NCBI GenBank assembly: GCA_039096225.1 | Contig: JBBPEB010000032.1 | Span: 992,001 to 1,056,000, forward strand | DNA from: Blastocystis sp. Blastoise | Taxonomy: Eukaryota > Protista > Bigyra: Opalinata | DNA length: 64,000 nucleotides | Direction of reading: 5' to 3' | In this document: positions 13,294 to 28,439 of the stretch, one piece after another | How positions within the stretch are numbered: position 1 is the stretch's first letter | Layout: each line of letters opens with the position of its first letter | The notes under the pieces: generated by a model | What the model saw: only the letters and a program-made list of their open reading frames with translations | Told to the model about the DNA's origin: nothing | Database searches by the model: none | Position numbers and translations under genes: made by a program

Positions 13294-16200
13294 TAGAGAT
13301 GGGCAAAAGTAGCTACAAGTTTTGTGGCTACTTGTAGCTACTTTGTAGCTGAAAATAGCTACCCAAAGTAGCTACAAATTTTCATGATTTTTTCACGGGA
13401 GAAAAAAGTGGTTTTTTTGTGTATGATAGATATTATCTCATGAATATGTTGAAGTTATAATATAAAGAGGAAAGCATTTTATATGCCATAGGTAGCCTAT
13501 TTGAAGTGAAAGAATCTAAAAAAATAAGTTAGTCTTAACGATATTCAGAATTACAATTGGTAAATCAGAACAACGTTGAATATTGATGATTTAATTGATG
13601 ATATAAATGTAAATGTTGTAGATAACCACAGTAGTATATATTAAATCCTAAAAAAGTATTTATAATAAATTGTTACTCTTTAATTACATGTCATTATAGT
13701 GAGATACCACCAAAAACATATCACAAAATGCTTAGATAACTACATTGAAACTATTAAGCCACTTTATATCATAAAATAATAAAACTTTCTATAATAAAAA
13801 TATAATATCTGTCAAACGCGTATCGTTTTTTTCTCAAACGCGTATTTTTATGTTTTTGTGTATATTTTGTTTTTGGTTGAACTCAGTTGATATTTATTTT
13901 TTTTAAATAATTTTTTGCATAAACTCTTTTCTAATCTATCAGAGACTACTTCATAAATATGAAGTGTATACACATAATACACAATGAAAAATCAGTACAC
14001 AAAGTTGCTCGTCTTATTTTATAGTACCAACTTTTTTAATGACAAGAGCGACTTATTAAAAAGAGTTAATCTAAAAAATATATAAGAATATGTTTATCTT
14101 CAAGAATATACAAATAATTTTCACTCAAATGAGTTTGAGCAAGTATCACTTGAATAATGTTCTTTCAAAATTAGTCTATTACAACATAAATGAGGTCTAT
14201 ATCGTCTGCAATTATTGTTAACGTATCTATCTTAAAAATTAGTAATATCTTATCAATAATTTAGTGCTAATTCTCATATTATTATCATTAAAAATCATTA
14301 TTTGTTGGATATTATAATCAACCCTAAATCAAGACTAATATAAATGATAAAATAATCACTTAACATTAAGAAATACACTACCTTTAGACACACAATTAAC
14401 AACTGTTTTTTATAGTTTTATATATTGAGTTAACAATCCTACTCATAAAATAAATTAGTTAAAGAAATAATATGTCAAGTTATTTATAAAATAATATCTA
14501 TGTATAAACATATAATAAAAATTAAGAATAATGAAAAAGACAACAAAAAATTTCACACTCATTCCTTTACTCCATGAATATTCCTGATTACTGAAGTTCA
14601 TAGAATGATTAACTAGTTTCTATTTTTATATATGTATAAAATATAAGCCGTGCTTATTTATATTATTTATATTAAAATATTTGAAATTAAATTTAGTGTT
14701 TCAAAAAGAGGATTTTATTTTTTTTTACATTTTTTATTGTTTTTCATAAAAACACTAACTAACTATGATATTTTGACGGTTAATAATAAGTCACAGAGTA
14801 TTGAAATTTTGGTATATTATGCATCTATCAATCTATATTATATATATAAACCTTGAAAACAATTAATGAAATATTTATTGATTCAAGGGCATGATAACAA
14901 TACCCTAAAACGAGTTTTTAAAAAATGTATATTATGTCAAATATATATATGTTTTCTTTATGTGTTTATTTCTCTTTATTATATTTTTTGCAACTATAGT
15001 CGAATATCTATCATTTTTAAATAATTTAAAATTCTGAAATTTATTTATAATTTATATTACTTTATTGTCAAAAAGTATGAAAAAAATGCATTTCATTGTG
15101 TTGTATCATAATGTATTGATTCTAGAATTTTCACTATCATAATGTAATAGCAAGCATATAAACAGTTTGAAACTGCACATACTTTTGAATTTCTATTTTT
15201 CAATATGGGAAAAAAGAAAAAAGTGTAAAAAACTCAAAAAGCCATATACATATAATTTCTTTTGTGTTAATAAATATTAAAATATTTATATATAAATCTA
15301 TATTTTACTAAATAGAGATACTTAACATTGTACTAATTTAATATATATAAACTGTTCCCAATCTACATGAAGAGATAGGTAACCTGACATTAATTAATAA
15401 CAGAAAAAAATCATTTTTTTTTTGGCTTTTTCTTTCTTTTAGCAGCTTTCTTTATACCAGTAAGAATTATTTGTTTTTTAAAATATCATTTGAATATTTA
15501 TATAAGAGAGTGTTAAATATATAAGAATATATTTTTTTTGTTTTTAATTCAATAATTATCAAGAACTATCACTAAGTGTAACAACCCTTTTTTAGAAAAA
15601 CACTTTAACGTCAATTGAAAATGATTATTTTTCTCCATAAGGAAAATATTAAAAAGATATTTATTAACATAATATTAAAGTTCACATAACATATATCTTA
15701 TAACTATAAATTAAAATTATAAATAAATCAATTTGGTGAAACTAGACGCTTGCAAATCCATAATAAATCAAATTTTCTGTTTAGTGTTAATAAACTATGA
15801 AGAACTAATTTTTATGTTTTTTGCTTATTGTTGTAGTCAAAAGTATTTGGTACTCAAGAAAATATAATTATTTTTAGTTTGATGATATTGGAAGTTAATC
15901 ATTTACAATTCTAATAATTATAAAATATTTTATAATCTACAAAAATTATTATGAAAAATATTCACGTCATATGCAACCTAAAAATAAAAATATGACTGTC
16001 TGAAATAAAAGACAGAAACCTGAAAAATGAGAATTATGACATGACAAATATATTTATTGTTTTATTTATTTTATTAATTAGTTCAATCATTTAATCATAG
16101 TACAATAGTTGAAATCAATTTGAGAAGAATCTGATTATTTATAATAGGGATTTCAACCCATTCAAAATTTTATCTCATATATTTAGCTTTTAAGTCATTA

Positions 16201-17523
16201 CAATATATTTAAAGTACTCTGTAGAAAGTAAATCATAATAAATTAAAACAAACAAAGAATATGAAGTTCAGTATCACGACCTAGAAGACAGTTTCAAAGA
16301 CTTATTTGTCGACAAGATTATGTCAGAACTCATTCTCTATGTGTATTTACGAAATCAGAATGACCTAACAAAGTTTGACAGAGTACACCCTTGAAATGAA
16401 TACAATTTGACTCTTATTTTTCTTCTTCATAAGGCACTAATGAAATATTTAATCATATGTTGTGTGTAATAGCACTGAAGCTTGACATAAAAAGTTATAT
16501 AGCTAAGAAAAAAATATCACAGTTATTCTTTTATTTTAGAAAATAATCTTGAGAAAATACGCGTTTGAGAAAAAAACAATACGCGTTTGACAGATATTTC
16601 GTTATCGCATAGAATTTAATTATTTTTCTTGTTAAACGTGGTATTTAAAGCAAGTAGATTATTTTTAGTATATCATTTTAAATATTAACATGGTAATGTC
16701 ACAGTTTTGAAATCATAAAACAATTTTCCTGGTTGTGAGTACAATTACATGTAGATTATATAGAATAATATATTAACAAATTATTCAAATTATCTTTTGT
16801 GAACAAATAAATAAATGAATATACACAAAAACATTACTTTTAAGCAATAAGAACGATTAGAACGATGATCATAATGGAAATGAATATTTATTTAAAAAAT
16901 AGCATCTTACTTTCAAGTAATAGAAATTAAAAGACAATTTTTTAAATATACAAGACAAATTAAGATATTCTTTATACGAGAAATCACTAAATAAAATTAC
17001 TACAAATGTATTCATTTCAATTATCTTACAATATACAAATATTATTCTGTTCTGTGACCTATGACTGCCTTATTTTGAGTTACATCTGTTCTCTAAATGG
17101 AAAAGTGTTCCATTTATGTGTCATTTGATGAGATTATATTTGTAGTTTATTATCTCTTTCCACATTAAAAGTCATTTGTGATTAATAACGGTAGAATATG
17201 GTAGAGAATAAGTAAAAAATAGGAAGTTATTCAAATTAGCCATGCTTATAATCCTTTATTATATCTCTAACATTGGTAAGCACGAGTCTAATATAATAGT
17301 CATGATGTTTTAATTTATAATAGAATACTACTAAAGTAAATGTTGACCAATTATTATATCCAATTATCAAAATTTTATACTGGAAGTGTGAGAAATAATA
17401 TAATGAATGTAAAAATATATTAAAACTATTTAAGAAATATGTCCTGGCTATTTAGAACAAGAATAAAAATTTTGCACATACTTTTTTAGAAAAAAGAAAC
17501 TCCATGTACCTTGCCCATCTCTA
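13294..17523. mobile_element. Degenerate/non-autonomous hAT DNA transposon (4.23 kb)
   Basis: 13-bp perfect TIR TAGAGATGGGCAA (13294-13306; reverse complement 17511-17523), perfect 8-bp TSD GAAAGAAA (13286-13293 and 17524-17531), clustered (G)TAGCTAC subterminal repeats 13309-13375; no intact transposase ORF. Confidence 0.88.
13804..16598. mobile_element. Nested TIR element (45-bp TIRs) inside the hAT; possibly Tc1/mariner-like with TA target
   Basis: 13804-13848 is the reverse complement of 16554-16598 at 44/45 positions; each TIR has two CAAACGCGTAT units; ends read TA|TCTG...CAGA|TA. Confidence 0.8.
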
Positions 17524-18126
17524 GAAAGAAAAATTCCCTAGTTTTTTAATTTTTATTTAGATTTCTTTCATAGATTTCTTATATTCATCTATTAATTCTT
17601 GTTTTAATACATTTTGTTTATTATTAGTTGAGACTATATATTTGAACTAAAAAATTTAGTGAATTTAATAAAGTTTCATTATGTGAAAGTGAAATTTCTT
17701 TTCCTATACTTTTATTTTTGATATTAATATTAATAAAATATATATGAAATACACAAAACATTAAAAAAAATATTGATATAAGCAACTAATTGTATTTTAT
17801 GATTATTATTACCTTTATAGTATAATAATAAGAATTTGTATAAATAAAGAAATATGTGCTTGTATGAAAAACATTGTTATTCGTTTATATGGTGACTGTT
17901 TATAATCACATTTTTTTCTCAAGTATCCTATTGATAGTTTAAAAACAGTATTGTTGAACGGTATCACTTAAGGATAATAAAGATCAGTATGCTATATGAA
18001 GTATTTATAGGTATACATAAAACAAAAGAGAAAATGAATATTATCTTTTTTTTTTGTTCAAGAAAGTTCGAATTCTGATTTTTTACGAATATAAAGATTG
18101 TATTCATATAGAAAAATATCAAGAAT

Positions 18127-18378
18127 ATGTCTAATCCAACTAGTTCTATTTCTGAAATGAATCATTTCCAAACAATGTTAGAAGCTGAATCTATGATTCA
18201 ATTCTTAAATAATATGAAGAATATGTGTTATAAAAAGTGTTCTTTGAGTCAATCATCTGAAATAGATTCTATTGATAGAAATTGTGTGGATCGTTGCATA
18301 AATAAATTTCAACAAGCAAATTCCGTTATGAATGAAACTTTACTCCGTTTAAACAGAGAGAAATCTCAAAATAAGTAA
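18127..18378 (+). CDS. Small Tim chaperone (Tim9/Tim10/DDP family) of the mitochondrial/MRO intermembrane space
   Basis: 83 aa with twin CX3C motif CYKKC...CVDRC...KF. Confidence 0.85.
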   Translation: MSNPTSSISEMNHFQTMLEAESMIQFLNNMKNMCYKKCSLSQSSEIDSIDRNCVDRCINKFQQANSVMNETLLRLNREKSQNK

Positions 18379-18821
18379 TATTAAAAAATTATAATATTAA
18401 CTGAATTTCTTGTATTTTCCAAATAGAAACAGATGATTATGGTTGTTGTTGTTCTTTAAGTTTTTTTAAATGAAAAAGCAGCAAGTTATGATATTATATA
18501 AGACGTGATTTATAATAATATATTAAAATCAAATACAAAACTATTATAAAAAAGAATAAGGAATATTAATTATATATAATAATACCGAAAACTTTCAAAA
18601 AAAAAATAATGGATGTTATAGAAACAATTTAAAAACACGAGGAAAAAGAAAAAAGTATATATACATTTCGACAAGAAGACCACCGTAATAAAGTTAAAAA
18701 AAGATAGATATAAAATGTAACAACGAAATAAATATATAAATAAAATCGATATTATGAATAAGAATATAGAGAATAACAAAAATTCTATATAAAGTATTGA
18801 AGAAACTATATATATATATCT

Positions 18822-19075
18822 TTAGAGGAAATAATGAATCCAAAAGAGTGTTAAGTTAGTTTTAAACACCGTACAAAGAATAATAATAACGGCTAATACT
18901 AAAAAGGGAAGGAACAAGACTTCAGGGTTATAGATAAAAGGGAGATCTATATATATAAAGTATAAATCATTTCATATATGGAAGAAGATATAGTTTTATA
19001 TACATAAATAACCCATAAAAGTAATAAACCAATAGATTCCAAAAGAGGCAAGAATAATCTATAGATAATATATAG

Positions 19076-19138
<63 letters not shown>

Positions 19139-20336
19139 CGAAATTGGCAATAAGTGTTGCAAAGAATGTTGGTTTGGTGATAATAGGAAGAAGGAAGTAC
19201 TATATAAATATAGATAATATATATATGATAAAGGAAAATATATATAGAATAATTAAATAATTTTAATATGAATAATTTATTTAATGATATAAAATGAGTA
19301 AATAATTATATAAATAATATAAATAAATAATAAATAAATAATAAATAATATAAATAAATAATAAATAATATAAATATAAATAAATAATAAATAATCTAAA
19401 TAAGTATATAAATATACTTGAATAACTCCAAAGACAAGTAGGAAAGGGAAACAGGCGTTGAAATGAATATCATACGAATACATCCATTCAACAGATTGAA
19501 TAGGACTATATTTATATAGAAGAAAGAATAATAATAATGAACATGTTTTATATATATATACCTGTGAGGAAGTTGTCTTCTAAAGAATGAATTCATTATA
19601 TACCTATAGAAATAATATATAGTATATATATATTGTTGAAGAAATCAGTTGCGAGATAATAGGATATATATAATAATAATAAATATAATAATTATAGAAT
19701 AGAAGAATACATACCAAGTAGCTGTGGCAACAAGAGCACCGAAAAATATAATACACAATAATGATTGAATAATAGTTTTACTAAATAATTATATATACAC
19801 TCATATATCATTATAGAATTCACAAGAAAAATAAAGAATTGAATAATATTATAAAATAATATAAAATATTGTAAAATAAAATAATATTTTAAAATAAAAT
19901 AATAATATAAAAAAAATATAAAATAAAATAATATAAAAAAATAATATATAAATCATACAGAAATGAACTGAGAACAAATCCATGGAAACAAATAGAGTAA
20001 GCTGAAGAAATTATTAATGTGAAGATTACGACTATCATAGTGAATGAAGGATCATCTCTCGACCATTGATTCTTTGTTTCTAAGAGATGTAAATACAAAA
20101 AACATAATTATAATAACATACGTTTTCTCCATGATGTCATTTTATAACTAAAGATACAATTCATACTATTTAATATATAGAAAAAAATACACTTGAGTTG
20201 GATTCATAACTAATTGAACTAATTGGCTATATGTATACTCCAGATCCATTTGATGAATATTCAATAATCTTTTAAAATACATTACTGTGGAAAAGCGTTG
20301 ACTTCTACTCTCTTGATGAATATCTAACGGTAACAT
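18822..20336 (-). CDS. UNC50: UNC-50 family Golgi membrane protein, multi-exon
   Basis: MLP...YFKRLLNIHQMDLEY...VYKMTSWRKQTKNQWSRDDPSF...VEWMYSYDIHFNACFP...LPFI; stop at 18822-18824. Confidence 0.93.
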
Positions 20337-20409
20337 TACTCCTGTATTTATATATATTAGTGTTCTCAAATAAAAATTATCATTCTTTGAGTAAACAACA
20401 CCCGTTTCT

Positions 20410-20551
20410 GGGATAATTTATGCTCAGCATAGTATGACGAAAAAATTCATGCTCAGCATAGTATGGCCAATAGGCTACCCGCCTATTGGCCTGGTCTACT
20501 ATGCATACTCTAAAGAAAACACCTTCTACTATGCTGAGTGTGAATTACGCC
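20410..20551. mobile_element. Mutator-like MITE (142 bp) in UNC-50 upstream region
   Basis: Perfect 9-bp direct repeat CCCGTTTCT at 20401-20409 and 20552-20560; 25-bp imperfect TIRs starting GG (20/25 match, core CTCAGCATAGTA); central hairpin GGCCAATAGG/CCTATTGGCC. Confidence 0.75.
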
Positions 20552-21359
20552 CCCGTTTCTTCTAGTTTTTCATGATTTTTCACATTTTTAAAATTTGTTG
20601 CTTATTCATTCGTTGTTCTGTATATTTGCTGATATACATTATATATCTTTCGTAAATCAAAGATCAGAACAAATCAATTTCAGAACAACCTTATTAATAA
20701 TGGAAATTGCTGATTTTAATAGAATTAATATTGTATTTTAATCTATTCTAATTATGCTAAAAATGATCTTAGTAGTATCATAACTTTATTGACTCATTAC
20801 TATTTCTTTCCACCTTTTCTGGACATTCATTTGTCACTTTTTCTTTTAGTTATTTTTATCCATTTTATGCCAATTTTCTGTAACATACAAAAAATTGTAA
20901 ATTGAACAGATAAAACAAAATGGTAATAATATTAAGTATAAACGAATTCTTTATGTTTTCGTAAATATAATTTGAATCAAATACATATTATTAATTAAAA
21001 TCATGACTAGTTACAACAATTTCAGATAGAAACAAGTTTGTATGATAGATTACCATCATCATTATTATTAACAATGTTTTTTTCATTGCAATAAGTGACT
21101 TATAGGATGTAGTTCAAATAATCACATAGAAGCAAGCAATTTAATAGATATTAGGAATTGTTCATGTCATTAAAAACATTATCTCTAGAAAGTTTAGTCA
21201 AATAGATCATAAATGAGAAAAAAACGTGGTTAATCTGAGAAATATAGGTTATTCGCAATTATTTTCACGGGAGAAGCATCTAATGGAGCAAATGAAGATA
21301 CAATACAAAGCTTTTTCTTTTTCATTATTTCTTATTGGTGATACTTATTGTGTGTGATC

Positions 21360-24620
<3,261 letters not shown>

Positions 24621-25889
24621 ATATATATATATATATATACATATATATACTCATTTTATCATCATTATTCTATATTTTAAATATATATATACATATTCTT
24701 TCTTTATATTTATTATAATAGTCTATTTCTTATTTTGCAATTTTTTTACTCTATATTTTTGTTATTGTTTTTCTTTTATATATCATTCTACGTGTTTTCT
24801 TCTTCTATTTATTTTCTTATAATTATTGTACTTATTATTTTCTTTTTGTTTCTTTTGTTTTCTTCTTATTCCTATACATATATATATATATTCTTATTTG
24901 ATTCTCTATATAAATAGAAATCATTTTAAAGTAATATATATATATTATATTGATATCATTATTGTTTTCTATTATTATATTCAGTTCTATTACTGTATTT
25001 GCATTTTTATAAAAAATATTTGTATATATTTATATTTATATTTATATACACTTATTTATTTTTATTATTGTATTTATGAATATATATATATTTACATTTT
25101 TAATAACAAATATTGTTTATTACATTATAAATATATTCATAAACTTTATTTTTATTACATTTTGTTATATACTATACATATGTATTATATATACATTGGT
25201 ATTCTAGTATATTTTTTATTTACTTGTGTTATCATCATATCATAATTTCATGCTTCCATTCGTATATCAAATACTATTTTCTCTTTTTGGTTGGTTTTAG
25301 TATTCATCGTTTCTTAATAATAAGATAAACTGTGATTATTTATTAAGAAAAATATGTTTTTAATACTAATAACCAGAACATTTCCAATTTGATTCTATTT
25401 ATATATATATTTTTTTATAAAAACAAACATTAGTATCGAATATAAACTATAAAGTATACTATAATATATATAAATTACAATTGTCTGTCTCCATATAGAT
25501 ACTATCTGATTTTTATATTAATCACTTATATAATTACAATTATTTATAATAGAGTTGCGTGATACTTACAATTTCGAGATATATTTAATAAAACAAATGA
25601 GAATGAAAGAAATATGATATAAAAGGATTAATTAACAGAGGAGCAACGAAAGAATTGAAAATAAAATGAGTCACAAACACAAAGATAGAAAAATTGTATT
25701 AAAAAAAACATAATCGATAAAAATGAAAGCAAACGGAGAATAATCATAAGTAAAATATTTATAAGAGATAAAAAAAAAACAACAACTGTAAATATAGAGA
25801 TTTCGTATATAAAGAGAAAAATGAAGTATTTTTATTCTATATATTTTTTTAGTTCATCATATATATATATATACACTAGTATTCACTAT

Positions 25890-26043
25890 TTAAATACTTG
25901 GAAGTCCGTTTTCTTTGGCTAACTTATAAGCTAAGTGAATAAATTCTTTAATTTGTTCTCGATCATATGCTTTCGTAAGGAAATTATGCATCTTTAATTG
26001 AGCAGCATTACTACGATTAGCAGGCTATATATATAGAAGGATA

Positions 26044-26122
<79 letters not shown>

Positions 26123-26248
26123 TAAGTTCTAACATATTGGCAAGGAAATCTTGGAATTCGAGTGACCATTCTTCAGGTTCTTGAAGACAAGGGCTACCGC
26201 CGTTAAGAATAGCAACCATGGCCTATATATATAGATATATAGAGGTAG

Positions 26249-26287
<39 letters not shown>

Positions 26288-27850
26288 CATGGGATCTCCA
26301 ATTTCTGCATAAGGAGGAAGACCTTCAGCCATCTCAATTGCAGTAATGCCTATATAATAATAATAATAAATAATAATAATAATAATAATAATAAATAATA
26401 ATAAATATATATATATATACCGAGACTCCAAATATCACATGCTTCGTTATAACCCGCGCCACGAATAACTTCTGGCGCCATCCAGTGAGGGGTTCCCACC
26501 AAACTACATCTACTTTCTTCTTCTTTAGTTAATACGGCAGACCCTCCGAAATCCCCAATAAACACGTGACCTTCAAGATCTAATAAGATATTCTCACTCT
26601 TAATATCTATATATAATAATAATATATAATATATAATAATAATAATAAACATAAACATAAACATAAACATAAACATAATAATAATAATAACATTATATAC
26701 CTCTATGTAATTGAAATCGTTGATGCATATATAATAATCCATTTAATGTTTCTCTCATTATATAAGCAATAACTTCTTCCGGAAAGGCCACTTGTGTGTC
26801 GAGTAAGTTACCGAGAGAACCACCATTAATATATTGCATTATAATCTAGAATATATATGGTTATAAATATATACATAATATCATTAAAATATATAGAATA
26901 AAAATAATAATAATACAAATAATTGAAATATATACAAATAATTTCTTTATTCCATCTTTATCTGTATAATAATAAGTAGCATAAGTCTGAACGACTTGAG
27001 GACAATTGACACGTTTTTGAAATGCAATTTCACGAATCATATCGCTCAGATTTCCTTCGTCGCGAATAACTTTCATAGCATATTTTGGTAATGGATATTT
27101 CTTGGAAATTGACTTGACAAGATATCTATATATATATATATATAATTTAAATAATCATAATAATAACAAAAGTATGTTTATTATTAAAAAACGAAATAAC
27201 AAAATACACAGCACCATAAGCACCTTCACCAAGTTTCTTTTCAATGGAAAAATAAGAATAAGGATCTTCTTGTATAATATCCACAGCTATAAAATAAAAT
27301 TTAAAAAATAATAATAATAAAATATAATAATAATAAAAAAAATATAATAATAATAAAAAAATATAATAATAATAAACAAATATAATAATAATAAAAAAAT
27401 ATAATAATAATAAAAAAATATTATAATACTAAATAATTAATAAATAAAAGAAATACCTGTAGCAACAAATTGATCTAAGGTTTTTCTTCCTGGAATAACT
27501 AAGGCTTTACTGAATCGTTGAACGCATTTTCGGTTTTCAATATCACCACCTGAACCTGAAGAAAGAGCAGCTTCACTAAATTCCTCAGATGGGTTATCTA
27601 TTTATCAGAAAAAAAAAATAGAAAAATATTGTTTCTTTGATTTAAAACACATACTAATGTCTGGAAGACGGTTCAGAATAGGATCTCTATTAGCATAGGC
27701 TATATATAGAAATAGAACCCTATCATTTATAATAGATATAAATACTTTTTCTGATAGAGACGGACTTTGCAATACTCTTGGTATTCTAAAAAGGAATAAA
27801 AAGTTGAATAACTAGCTGCGTACATCTTTTTTGAATGCTTTTAAAAACAT
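25890..27850 (-). CDS. STE20/PAK-like Ser/Thr kinase, multi-exon
   Basis: LGEGAYGA, YAMKVIR, HRDIKSENILL, GDFGGSA, SLVGTPHWMAPEVI, DIWSLGITAIEMAEGLPPY; stop at 25890-25892. Confidence 0.92.
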
Positions 27851-28439
27851 GGCTTCTTAAACAAATAGTATATTATAACCTTTAAAAATTAGATTTGATT
27901 TGTGCGTCTTAATAAAGAATCTTCTGTATTTTCAATACGAAAATCGCGGTTTCTTTGTTTTTTCTACTGATATTTGAGTTCTTTTCAGAAATAGAGAAAC
28001 CACTCTGTTTTACTTATATTTTTTGTTCATTATTGTATGTTAATTGATTTATTGCGTTTTAAAAGTATTCTGAAGAACCACAATTTGAAATATTTATGCT
28101 ATCGGAACAATTCTCTTTTTTCATTGTTGTCATTAGATTTTATTTTATGATAGAAAATTATTAGAAAAGTGAGCATCAACTGGAAACATATAGCCTTCCC
28201 AGTATTATTAGTTTAGAATGATGTTATTAAGACGAAATGAACATGACGTCATTTGCTTTTTAGACACAAAGATCTTCGTATTGTGTTAATAAAAGCTAAT
28301 GAAGAACATAAATTAGTAGTTGCTTTATAAAAAAAAAAAATACTTACATATGCTTATAAATAAATAACTTAAATTAGTATTCATGCCATTAATATGAGTA
28401 AAAAACAAAAGTTACAACTGATATGAAAATAATAGTTAT

